Positions 38,813-47,692 of a DNA stretch of 64,000 bases are shown here, in pieces. Position numbers and translations under genes: made by a program. Below the pieces are notes generated by a model. The model was not told the origin of the DNA and made no database searches. It saw nothing but the letters and a program-made list of their open reading frames with translations. The DNA lies in the NCBI GenBank assembly GCA_035483545.1, contig DATHPS010000018.1:745-64744 (forward strand), written 5' to 3'. Origin of the DNA: Solirubrobacteraceae bacterium. GTDB taxonomy: Bacteria > Actinomycetota > Thermoleophilia > Solirubrobacterales > Solirubrobacteraceae. Numbering within the stretch: the stretch's first letter is position 1; each line of letters opens with the position of its first letter.

Positions 38813-39916
38813 ATGTCAGTAGTCGAACTGCAGGAGCTCGATGAGATTAAGGGCCTACTGGCGAAGGGCCAGCAGGTGGGGGTGCTGACGTTCGCGGAGA
38901 TCTCGACCGCGACTTCCGAGCTGGATCTGGACGAGACCGACGTCGAGGAGCTGCACGGCTTCCTCGAGAAATCGGAGATCGAGCTCGTCGAGGACATCGA
39001 CCCGGCGACGGCCGCGGCGCTGCAGGTCGAGCGCGCGCCGGACAAACGCGGCCGGCGCAAAGCGAAAGCGGCGCTGGACCTCAAGCCGGACATGACGACG
39101 GACTCGCTGCAGCTGTTCCTGAAGGACATCGGCAAGGTGCGACTCCTGACCGCCCAGGAGGAGGTCGATCTCGCGAAGCGCATCGAGCGCGGCGACCTCG
39201 ACGCGAAGCAGAAGATGGTCGAGTCCAACCTGCGCCTGGTGGTCTCGATCGCGAAGAACTACCGCAACCAGGGTCTGCCGTTCCTCGACCTGATCCAGGA
39301 GGGCACGCTCGGGCTGGTGCGCGCGGCGGAGAAGTTCGACTACCGCAAGGGCTTCAAGTTCTCGACGTACGCGACGTGGTGGATTCGCCAGGCGATCGCG
39401 CGGGCGCTGGCGGACAAGGCGCGCACGATCCGCATCCCGGTGCACGTCGTGGAGAAGCTCAACAAGATCGGGCGCGCCGAGCGCAAGCTCGTGACCGAGC
39501 TGGGTCGCGAACCGACGGCGGACGAGATCGCGGAGGTCACGGGGATCGATCCCGAAGAGGTGGACTCGATCAAGCGCTCCGCGCAGGCCCCGGTCTCGCT
39601 GGAGAAGCCCGTCGGTGACGAGGAGGAGTCGGAGTTCGGGCAGTTCATCGCCGACGAGCGCGCGGAGTCCCCGTACGAGCGCGCCGCGGAAATCCTCACC
39701 AAGGAGGCGCTGCGCGAGGCGCTGGAGAACCTCTCCTACCGCGAACGGCGCGTGCTGGAGCTGCGCTACGGGCTCGGCGGCGAGCACCCGCGCACGCTCG
39801 ACGAGGTGGGGCGCACGTTCAACGTGACGCGCGAGCGCATCCGCCAGATCGAGAACCAGTCGCTGAAGAAGCTGCAGTCGCTCGCGGAGGCCCAGAAGCT
39901 CCGCGACGTGGCCTGA
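38813..39916 (+). CDS. rpoD: Principal RNA polymerase sigma-70 factor (SigA/RpoD type)
   Basis: Region 1.1; [10 protein letters not shown]; DLIQEG; [14 protein letters not shown]; [16 protein letters not shown]. Confidence 0.9.
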   Translation: MSVVELQELDEIKGLLAKGQQVGVLTFAEISTATSELDLDETDVEELHGFLEKSEIELVEDIDPATAAALQVERAPDKRGRRKAKAALDLKPDMTTDSLQLFLKDIGKVRLLTAQEEVDLAKRIERGDLDAKQKMVESNLRLVVSIAKNYRNQGLPFLDLIQEGTLGLVRAAEKFDYRKGFKFSTYATWWIRQAIARALADKARTIRIPVHVVEKLNKIGRAERKLVTELGREPTADEIAEVTGIDPEEVDSIKRSAQAPVSLEKPVGDEEESEFGQFIADERAESPYERAAEILTKEALREALENLSYRERRVLELRYGLGGEHPRTLDEVGRTFNVTRERIRQIENQSLKKLQSLAEAQKLRDVA

Positions 39917-39939
39917 GCACTGGTGCTGCCTCCCAAAGC

Positions 39940-39968
39940 GCTGCCGCCTGCCGGACGGCAGCAAAAAG
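39940..39968. terminator. Hairpin downstream of rpoD
   Basis: GCTGCCG-N9-CGGCAGC followed by AAAAA. Confidence 0.45.
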
Positions 39969-40021
39969 GGCTCGCATAGCACGAATACACCAGAGTCACT
40001 CCAGGGAGCTACACTGATGTC

Positions 40022-40294
40022 GTGCCGAGCAAGCATCCCAGAATCGCGGTCACGGCCGACCAGGAGCTCGGGTTGGCCTTGGAGCGGGTGCGCGCCGCAA
40101 CGGGCACTGCCGAGGGCGACGCGACCCTGGTCCGTCGACTTGCGGTAGTCGGCGCGGATGTTGAGTTGCGTGCTGGGCACGATCGTCGCCGTGCCGCCGA
40201 GATGCTGTTCGCCGCTATGGATCGCGGCCGATTCGATCTGGATCTCGACGCCGTCGACAGGCTGAATTTGCCGACGCCTCCTGAATGCCCGTAG
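40022..40294 (+). CDS. VapB-like antitoxin
   Basis: 90 aa, PRIAVT RHH-like start, overlaps the PIN gene; TACACT box 6 nt before GTG. Confidence 0.7.
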   Translation: MPSKHPRIAVTADQELGLALERVRAATGTAEGDATLVRRLAVVGADVELRAGHDRRRAAEMLFAAMDRGRFDLDLDAVDRLNLPTPPECP

Positions 40295-40725
40295 ACCTCT
40301 GGGACGGCGAGGGTGGCCCCGTCATCGCCGATACCTCTGCATGGATGGTGGCGCGGCGCGACGATCGCGCGCGCAAACTCCTGCTCGCCGCGGTGGAGCG
40401 CGGCGATGTTGCGTGGTGTTGGCCGGTCCGCTACGAGCTGATGGTCGACGCTCGCGAAGCGGAGGCGATGCTCGCCGTCGATCGCCTGCTGGATGGGCTG
40501 CGCGAGCTAGCGGTCGATCGCGCGGTCCAGCGAGGCGTGCTCTCGACAATGCGCGAGCTTGCCGACAACGGGTCCCACGGAGCCCACCGCCTACCGCTGA
40601 CCGATCTGACCGTTGCAGTAGCGGCGCAGCGCTCGGGTATCGGCGTGTTGCATCACGACCGTCATTTCGAGCGTCTGGGCGAGCATCTCGGCGTCCGCAC
40701 GGTCTGGATCGCCGAGCCCGCTTGA
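40285..40725 (+). CDS. VapC/PIN-domain toxin
   Basis: IADTSAW, VRYEL, TDLTVAVAA, LHHDRHF. Confidence 0.88.
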   Translation: MPVDLWDGEGGPVIADTSAWMVARRDDRARKLLLAAVERGDVAWCWPVRYELMVDAREAEAMLAVDRLLDGLRELAVDRAVQRGVLSTMRELADNGSHGAHRLPLTDLTVAVAAQRSGIGVLHHDRHFERLGEHLGVRTVWIAEPA

Positions 40726-40791
40726 AGCAGCGCCTGTCCACGCGGTCCCGCGCCATTCAAGCCGGCCGCGTGCACTGCCGATGCCAAGAAC

Positions 40792-42000
40792 ATGTTCGAC
40801 GTGCAGTCAGCTCTGCGTGAGCTGGTCGCCCGCAAGGGCTCGGACCTGCATCTGAAGGTCGACTCGGCGCCGCTCTATCGCGTTCACGGGAACCTCTGCA
40901 AGGACGAGGGCGGGGAGGTCCTCACGGCGGAGGACACCGAGCACGCGCTGCATGACCTGCTGCACGACGCGACGAAGCTGCACGAATTCTCCGAGGAGCA
41001 CGAGGTCGATTTCTCGTTTGAAATCGCGGGGGTGGCGCGCTTTCGCATCAATGCGTTCCGCCAGCGCGGCGTGATCTCACTGGCGTGCCGCGCGATTCCG
41101 CACAAGATCAGCACGATCGACGAGCTCGCGCTGCCGGCGGTGATCAGCCAGCTCGCGGAGGAGGAGCGGGGGATCGTGCTGCTCACCGGCACGACCGGCT
41201 CGGGCAAGTCGACGACGCTGGCGGCGATGATCGACCACATGAACGAGACGATGAGCAAGCACATCGTGACGATCGAGGACCCGATCGAGTTCGTGCACAA
41301 GGACAAGCGCTCGGTGATCAACCAGCGCGAGGTCGGCATGGACACGGCGTCGTTCAAGCGCGCGCTGCGGCGGGTGCTGCGCCAGGACCCCGACGTGATC
41401 CTGGTGGGGGAGATGCGCGACGAGGAGACGGTGCAGACGGCGCTCTCCGCGGCGGAGACCGGACACCTGGTGCTCTCGACGATCCACACGGTCGACGCGA
41501 TGGAGTCGATCAACCGCATGCTCGACTTCTTCCCGCCCCACCAGCACGGCCAGGCGCGCTCGATGATCGCGGGCACGGTCAAGGGCGTGATCTCCCAGCG
41601 GCTCGTGCCGGGCGCGAACGGCGGGCGCGTGGCGGTTTGCGAGATCCTGCGCATGACGGGACGCGCGCGCGACATGATCGTCGACCCCTCGCAGACGGGC
41701 AAGCTGATGGAAGTGATCGAGTCGGGTGGCTACTACGGCATGCAGACCTTCGACCAGGCGCTCTTCGGGCACCTGAAGGCGGGGCGCGTGACGTTCGATG
41801 ACGCGATGCACGTCGCGTCGAGCCCGCACGACTTCAAGCTGCTCGTGCAGGCGGACGGCCGCAAGGGGACGACGATGGACGACGTCGCCTCCGCGGAGGC
41901 GCAGCGCAACGGGGGTCTGACCCCGCCGCCGCCGGTGGCTTCCCCCGCGCCTGTCGCGCCGGGTGCGGCCCCCAGCGCGCCGCGGCTCACGGTCTCCTAA
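40792..42000 (+). CDS. pilT: PilT/PilU-family type IV pilus retraction ATPase
   Basis: SDLHL, GTTGSGKSTT, TIEDPIE, LRQDPDVILVGEMRD, AETGHLV, GMQTFDQ. Confidence 0.9.
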   Translation: MFDVQSALRELVARKGSDLHLKVDSAPLYRVHGNLCKDEGGEVLTAEDTEHALHDLLHDATKLHEFSEEHEVDFSFEIAGVARFRINAFRQRGVISLACRAIPHKISTIDELALPAVISQLAEEERGIVLLTGTTGSGKSTTLAAMIDHMNETMSKHIVTIEDPIEFVHKDKRSVINQREVGMDTASFKRALRRVLRQDPDVILVGEMRDEETVQTALSAAETGHLVLSTIHTVDAMESINRMLDFFPPHQHGQARSMIAGTVKGVISQRLVPGANGGRVAVCEILRMTGRARDMIVDPSQTGKLMEVIESGGYYGMQTFDQALFGHLKAGRVTFDDAMHVASSPHDFKLLVQADGRKGTTMDDVASAEAQRNGGLTPPPPVASPAPVAPGAAPSAPRLTVS

Positions 42001-42031
42001 CTCTCAAAACTTCATTTGGTAAAGTGGGGGG

Positions 42032-42409
42032 GTGGCCGCCAATGACACATGTCCGGTGTGCCGCACGGCGGAGGTCGTGTGCGGCAAGTGGACGCTGCTG
42101 CTGATCCGCGATCTCGCGGAGGGCCGCTCGCGTTTCTGTGAGTTGGAGCGCTCGCTGGAGGGCATCAGCCCGCGGACCCTGTCGCTGCGGTTGCGCGCGC
42201 TCGAGGAAGAGGGGGTGCTGGAGCGCCAGACCTATCCGGAGGTCCCGCCGCGCGTGGAGTACGCGCTGACCGCGAAGGGCCGCGACCTGCTGCCGATCGT
42301 GGAGGACATGCGCGCGTACGGCGAGCGCTGGCTGAGCGTGGAGGACTGCGAGGATCGGGTTGTCGCGGCGCTCGGCGAGGGCGCGGTGGCGGTGGGCGTC
42401 AGCGCGTGA
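42032..42409 (+). CDS. HxlR-family winged-helix regulator
   Basis: CPV..GKWTLLLIRDL..RFCEL..ISPRTLS..PPRVEYALT. Confidence 0.92.
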   Translation: MAANDTCPVCRTAEVVCGKWTLLLIRDLAEGRSRFCELERSLEGISPRTLSLRLRALEEEGVLERQTYPEVPPRVEYALTAKGRDLLPIVEDMRAYGERWLSVEDCEDRVVAALGEGAVAVGVSA

Positions 42410-43500
42410 GTATGTAGGCGCTCATACCGGGGATCGTGAAGCGGAGCTCGGCGCCTTCGACTGTGAGCGTTCCGCCTTTGATGAGGTCGTCGCGCACGGT
42501 TGAGAGCTGCTTTGGCGTGCGCTTGAGCGCGTCGGCCATCGCTCGTGCGGTGGTGGGATGCGCGGAGGCGGCGAGGGTGGCGAGCACCGCGAGGTAGCGT
42601 CGTTGCGCGGGGCTCGCGGCGGTCCAGCGGGCGGCGTAGAGGCCGCGCTCGAGCTCTCCTTGAGCGCGAGGCAGAGCGGCTTCGGCGGCCGCTAGGCCGA
42701 TGCGGTCGTGCTCGGCGGAGGCTCGCCAGGCGTGGTGGCCGTAGAGCTGGACGGCGTATGGGTATCCGCCGGATGCCTGCGCCAAGAGGGCCGCTGCGTC
42801 CTCGTCCATCGGTCTGCCTGCCTGCTCGGCGGGGAGCCGCAACGCGCGCACTGCGTCGTGTCGGGTGAGTAGCCCCAACTCGTGCCAGGCGCCGCGCTCG
42901 AGGTAGGTGATGGAGTGCTCGGGGGCGCGCATCAGCGGCAGGCCGGCGATCACGACGACTACTGGCCAGCGCTCGCCGGTGCCCTCCTGGAGCAGCGCGG
43001 CGAGCGCGGCGAGCTCGCGGCGGAGAGCGAGGTGGGCCTCGTCGAGGGTGAGCACGAAGCCGCTCGCGCGCGCGAGAGCCAGCTCTGCGAGTCCTGTGAG
43101 CGCCGAGCGCAGGGCGGGTGTTGGATCTTGCGGGGCATCGACGGGCCGCGCGAACCGACCTGGCCGCCGACTCCCGGCACGCCGGCGCGCAGGGTTGCGG
43201 ACTCCGCTCGTAGCCCGCGCTTGACGGGCGGCTGCTCGACCAGCTCATGCGCGCGCCGCAGCGCGTCGAGGAGATCGGGCGTGAACGGCGTCTCGGGTCT
43301 CATCTCGACGTGCACTCGCGGCCAGCCAAACCGTGAGCCCGCGATCGCGGCGGCTTCCGCGAGCATCACGGTCTTCCCGACGCCGCGCGGCCCCGCGAGC
43401 AGGGTCGGCCTCGGGGTGCGCCCATCGAGTGCGGCGATCTCGATCGCTCGCGCAGCTCCTCGAGCACGGCCTCGCGCCCGGCGAGCTCCTTCGGAGGTGT
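42399..43500 (-). pseudogene. Frameshifted AAA ATPase with C-terminal winged helix
   Basis: PPKELAGREAVLEELRE, then a frameshift to LLAGPRGVGKT (Walker A), then a second frameshift near 43150 to LTLDEAH (Walker B), SGGYPYAVQ and a wHTH. No intact start found. Confidence 0.75.
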
Positions 43501-43501
43501 T

Positions 43502-43546
43502 GTCTAGCGCGTCTAGCGCTGTCTAGCTTGTCTAGCGTCGTCTAGC
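43502..43546. repeat. Five GTCTAGC repeats with 9/10-bp spacing upstream of the AAA pseudogene
   Basis: Starts at 43502, 43511, 43521, 43530, 43540. Confidence 0.85.
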
Positions 43547-43631
43547 TGCCTTGCGGGGTAAAAGGCCATGATTAGACGCGTGTCGTGGCTGGTCGACCCA
43601 TCGGATCTGGCGGTTGGGAGTTGAGCGTCTC

Positions 43632-44003
43632 TCAGCGCGAGGCGAACTCGCGGTCGAGGACGGCGGCGAAGTCGATCCATTGCGCGGGCTCGGGGTAGAG
43701 CTCCAGCCAGCGTGAGATGCCGCGAGCGACCAGCTCGAACTGGCTGTGGTCGATGCGGTAGACGAGGATCGCGCCGGCGTGTGAGCGCTGTGCTGCGGCC
43801 CACTCGCGCAGGATGTCGGGAAAGTCGCGGATGTTGTGAGTCACGAGGATGCGCTGCTCTGCGGATGCAAGCGCGAGGACGTCCTCGTCGTCGAGCCCCT
43901 CCAGTGCGGGCTCCTGGTCGAGCGCGCGGATATCGTGTCCGTCGTCTTGCAGTCGCTGGCCGACCTTGGGTCCGGAGACGTGCGCATCGAGCAGCAGACG
44001 CAT
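43632..44003 (-). CDS. PIN-like toxin (DUF5615-like), paralogue of 7741-8106
   Basis: MRLLLDAHVSGP..GHDI..DEDVL..RILVTHN..DF. Confidence 0.85.
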   Translation of the reverse strand: MRLLLDAHVSGPKVGQRLQDDGHDIRALDQEPALEGLDDEDVLALASAEQRILVTHNIRDFPDILREWAAAQRSHAGAILVYRIDHSQFELVARGISRWLELYPEPAQWIDFAAVLDREFASR

Positions 44004-44012
44004 CGATGAGGG

Positions 44013-44444
44013 CTACCGCGGCTGCGGGGCGCTGTGCAGGAAGGGGTAGAGCTCGCGGAGCTCTTGGAGTGGGCGATGGTTTTCTGCGAGTGGCGCGTCG
44101 ACCTCGTCGGGAAAGCGCTCTGCGTAGGCTTGCGCGGCGCGCAGGTGTCGGTTGCCGATGAGCGGGTGGCTTGCGCGCAGTAGCTCGCTGTCGCCGTCGT
44201 AGGAGCGCAACAGGTCGACGATCTCCCAGACGTCGAGGCCGCTGCCGATTACCCACGCGCGGCGGGGCCTGCCGCGGAACGCGATGCCGGGGTGCAGCCG
44301 TGTCTTTGCGGCCTCCTCGGCGAGCTCCTCGACGATGGCGCTGCGCGGGCGTCCGGAGCGGCGAACCTCGTCGGTGACGAGCAGGTTGGCCTGTGCGCCG
44401 AGCCGGATCGAGAAAGGCTGTGTCTTGGCGGGATGAGTAGCCAC
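44013..44444 (-). CDS. RHH plus DUF433-like antitoxin, paralogue of 7301-7744
   Basis: PFSIRL..RSAIVEELAEE..HPGIAFRG..RAWVIGSGLDVWEIV..YAERFPDEVD. Confidence 0.8.
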   Translation of the reverse strand: MATHPAKTQPFSIRLGAQANLLVTDEVRRSGRPRSAIVEELAEEAAKTRLHPGIAFRGRPRRAWVIGSGLDVWEIVDLLRSYDGDSELLRASHPLIGNRHLRAAQAYAERFPDEVDAPLAENHRPLQELRELYPFLHSAPQPR

Positions 44445-44569
44445 TACTACAGTGTAGCGGATGTAGTCGGTCGCCGCCGAAGACGAGGTCGCTGCTCAGT
44501 CCAATGGCGCGGTCGTGCGCTAAGAGTGAAGTAGGTTCGGAGTGCCGTCGAGCATCTGATCTGCTCTAC

Positions 44570-45000
44570 GAAGCGGCGACGGGGCGGTTCCAGTACGGCG
44601 CGTGCGCGAACCTCGAAGCCTGCCCGGGTATCCAGAGCACCAGCAGCCGCGAATCCGCGACGTACGGCAAGGTCGCAACGACCCTTGAAGCAAGTGGCCT
44701 GCAGCTGGCTACGACCTACCACTATCGGCTGCTCGCCGACGACGAACACGAAGTCGAAGGCCAGGAGGTCGGCGGGCAGGCGGCAAGCCAGCAGGGCACG
44801 TTCACAACCGCCCCACTGCCAGTACCGCAGGCCGCGACGACCGCGCCGAGCGCGGTCGGTGCGACGTCGGCGACGATCGCGGGAAGCGTTGACCCCGACG
44901 GGCAGCCCGCCGCGTACGCCTTCGAACTCGGCGTAAACGCCGGCGCCGCGACGCAGTACGGGATCGTCTACTCCGCCGCCTCCGCCGCCACCGGAGCAGG
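44570..45000 (+). pseudogene. Fragment of an FN3-like secreted protein homologous to the C-terminus of 2607-5012
   Basis: SGLQLATTYHYRL, QGTFTT, PSAVGATSATIAGSVDPDGQPAAYAFELGV align with GLQPATTYRY, QGTFTT, PSAVTTTSALISGSVSPGGQPATYIFELGV; no signal peptide or tail. Confidence 0.7.
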
Positions 45001-45054
45001 AGCCCGCGCGGCCGCGGCGCAGGAACCCGCGCGGCGCCGCCGAAAGCAGCACCC

Positions 45055-46521
45055 ATGCGCTCGCGCCAGCTAGAGACGGCTCTCGCGGTCTTCGCGAAGG
45101 AGACCGCGGCGCGGCTGCAGGCCGACGTGGAGGCCGGTGCGGAGGTTCCGTTCGAGCTCGCGGGCGGCTCCGCGCGGGGCCGCGGCCCGCGCCTGTACCG
45201 CTACGAGCCGCTGACGGAGGCGTTCATCCGCGAGCGCTGGGCGCCGCTGCGGCGGCTGCCGAGCTACGGGACGGCGGTGGCGCTGCTGGAGAGCTTCGAC
45301 GGCCTCGACCGCTACCTGCTCGCGCGGGAGGCGCCGCTGGGTTCGCGGGGGCGCAAGCCGCGCCAGCGGCGCGCGGGTGCGGATGGTGCGCGCGGCGGCG
45401 GTCCGCGCGCGGACGCGGCGCTGCGGGCGCTGATCGAGGACGTGTTCGCGGGGCAGAGCGCGTTCGAGGTGCGCGAGGAGCGGCTGCGCGCGGCGCTGGA
45501 GCGCCTGGACTGCGCCGCGCACTCCAGCCCTGCCGAGGTCACGCTGCTCGCGAGCCTGCACGGCCTGACGATCTCCTCGCCCGAGCTCGCGCTCGCGCCG
45601 GGGCTGACGCTCGCGCAGACCGACGCGCTGGGCGACGTGCCCGAGGAGGCGCTCGCGCCGGCCCTCGAGGACGGCGGCGGCGAGCCCGGCGGCGAGCGGG
45701 CGGGCCGGCTGCTGGTCGCGTTCACCGCGGAGGACACCGACGTCGTGGCCGCGCTCGGCCGCGGCCGCGCGGTGCTCGGGGAACTACTGCGCGCGCTGCG
45801 CCTGTTCGGCGACGGCCGCGTGACGCTGGGGCGCCTGGCGTGGGTGCGCGTCGGCGAGGGCGGCTGGAGCGCGCGGGCGCTGCCGTGGGGTGGGCGCCCG
45901 CACGGGATGCTGATCGTGAGCGCGGAGCAGGAGGACGAGCTGCGCGCGTTCTGCAACCTCGTCGCGCGCCGCGCGCCGCGCGAGGGCGAGCTGGCGTGGG
46001 CGCTGACGCGCTTCGAGCTGGGCTGCGAACGCCAGAGCGAGAGCGAAGCGTTGAGCGACTACGTGCTCGCCCTGCGCGCGCTGCTGGAGCCCGAGAGCCG
46101 CGCGGAGGACCCGGCGGAGAGCCGCGCTGACGGTCCGGCGAAGACCTTCACGAGTGGCCTGCTCGCGCTGCGGCTCGCGGCGCTCTGCGCGCTGCCAGCG
46201 GAGCGCGTGGCGCTGGAGGGCCGCGTCGAGCAGGCGCTGGCGCTGGAGCACGCGATCGTCGCGGGCGCGGCGTCGCCCCCCGCGGGCGGCGAGGGCCTCG
46301 AAGTCGGCGAGGTTGTGCGCGGCGAGTACGGGGGCGGCGACACACTCGTGCGCGAGCTGGCCGAACACCTGCGCGCGCTGCTGCGCGACGTGATCTGTGG
46401 CCACCTGGAGCCCGACCTAGTGGCGCTCGCAGACGAGCTGATCGGGCGGGACGATGAGCCTGCCGAGGACTTGCGCGACGATCCGCTCCAGAGCGGCGAG
46501 ATCGTGGATGTCTTGATCTAG
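45055..46521 (+). CDS. Hypothetical protein, possible degenerate HEPN-like helical C-terminus
   Basis: 488-aa ORF with typical codon usage; ALSDYVLALRALLE..LALRLAAL helical region. Confidence 0.7.
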   Translation: MRSRQLETALAVFAKETAARLQADVEAGAEVPFELAGGSARGRGPRLYRYEPLTEAFIRERWAPLRRLPSYGTAVALLESFDGLDRYLLAREAPLGSRGRKPRQRRAGADGARGGGPRADAALRALIEDVFAGQSAFEVREERLRAALERLDCAAHSSPAEVTLLASLHGLTISSPELALAPGLTLAQTDALGDVPEEALAPALEDGGGEPGGERAGRLLVAFTAEDTDVVAALGRGRAVLGELLRALRLFGDGRVTLGRLAWVRVGEGGWSARALPWGGRPHGMLIVSAEQEDELRAFCNLVARRAPREGELAWALTRFELGCERQSESEALSDYVLALRALLEPESRAEDPAESRADGPAKTFTSGLLALRLAALCALPAERVALEGRVEQALALEHAIVAGAASPPAGGEGLEVGEVVRGEYGGGDTLVRELAEHLRALLRDVICGHLEPDLVALADELIGRDDEPAEDLRDDPLQSGEIVDVLI

Positions 46522-46576
46522 CGTCGTTGCATTCCTTTTCTGGCGGCTTTTGGAAAGAGGCTGCTACCGTGGTGCT

Positions 46577-47023
46577 ATGACCAAGAGCGAGCATCGGCAG
46601 TTCGTGGCGAGCTTCGTGACGCTTGACGACGCGATAACGCGCGCCAGCTACGCCCTTTCGAGTGGCGATGTGGCTGTGGCGGAGCATGCGCTCGAGCAGG
46701 CGAAGCGGACGGTCTACGAGGATGCACCTGCGTTGACCGTGCCGGAGGTTGCGGATGAGCTGGGTGTGAGCCGTCCGACGGTGCGTAGCTGGATCGCCAA
46801 GGGCTTGTTGGAGGCCATCACGGACACCTCGCCGCGGCGTGTGAGGTTCGCTAGCGTTCAGGAGCTCAAGGAGCGCTTGGCGCGGTTGCGCGCTCTCGCG
46901 AAGGACGAGCGACGTTTCTCGCAACTGCTGCGCGAGGCGGCCGATCGGCGAGTCCTGGCGCAGCCGGGAGCCCGTGAGGGTCTGGAAGATGCTCTGGCGG
47001 GCGACGCAGTGGGCCGTCGCTGA
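46577..47023 (+). CDS. Excisionase-like/MerR-type HTH protein, possible orphan antitoxin
   Basis: LTVPEVADELGVSRPTVRSWIAKGLL; TACCGT box 6 nt before ATG. Confidence 0.75.
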   Translation: MTKSEHRQFVASFVTLDDAITRASYALSSGDVAVAEHALEQAKRTVYEDAPALTVPEVADELGVSRPTVRSWIAKGLLEAITDTSPRRVRFASVQELKERLARLRALAKDERRFSQLLREAADRRVLAQPGAREGLEDALAGDAVGRR

Positions 47024-47138
47024 ACGGCTCGTTACGCGCTACGGGCGGGGCCTGGGCGCGAGTTAGCGGTGAGCGCGCGAGAGTTCCATCCCAAGCGCAG
47101 CCTATGGTCCTCCGCTCAGTCGATCGAAGGACCAACTG

Positions 47139-47402
47139 TTGCCGCGGATCAGTTATTTTTACGGGATTGGCATCTGGATGTATTGGAACGAGGGGCGCCA
47201 CTCGACTCCGCACTTTCACGCTTACTATGGCGAGCACGAAGCCTCGCTGGACATGGCAGGTGAAATCCTCGCCGGCAGCCTCCCGGCGCGGCAGCTTCGC
47301 CTCGTGCGGGCGTGGACCCGGCTTCATGTCGACGAGCTAAACGCAAGGTGGAACCTGGCCGCCAGCGAAAAGCCTTTGGACCCGATCCCCCCGCTTCGGT
47401 AG
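47139..47402 (+). CDS. DUF4160-like protein (toxin-antitoxin component)
   Basis: MPRISYFYGIGIWMY..HSTPHFHAYYG..LPARQLRLVRAW..PIPPL. Confidence 0.88.
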   Translation: MPRISYFYGIGIWMYWNEGRHSTPHFHAYYGEHEASLDMAGEILAGSLPARQLRLVRAWTRLHVDELNARWNLAASEKPLDPIPPLR

Positions 47403-47412
47403 ACTCGCGACT

Positions 47413-47691
47413 ATGAACAAGCTCGTACCCGTCACTGCGGCTGAGGTCATCGGCGATCACCGGCTGCGCTTGACCTTCAAGGATGGGATGGTGGGCGACG
47501 TGAGCTTCGCTGACCGTGAGTGGAGAGGCGTCTCTGAGGCGCTCGCGGACCCCAGCTACTTCGCGCAGGTGCGCGTCGATTTAGAAGCTCGCACGGTCGT
47601 GTGGCCAAACGGCTATGACATGGCGCCGGAGCCGCTGTACGAGCTCGCTTGCCAGCACCGGGTGCACCCGTCGTCGCGTATACCGGCCTGA
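47413..47691 (+). CDS. DUF2442-like protein (toxin-antitoxin component)
   Basis: LRLTFKDG..LADPSYFAQV..TVVWPNGYDMAPEPLY. Confidence 0.88.
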   Translation: MNKLVPVTAAEVIGDHRLRLTFKDGMVGDVSFADREWRGVSEALADPSYFAQVRVDLEARTVVWPNGYDMAPEPLYELACQHRVHPSSRIPA

Positions 47692-47692
47692 C

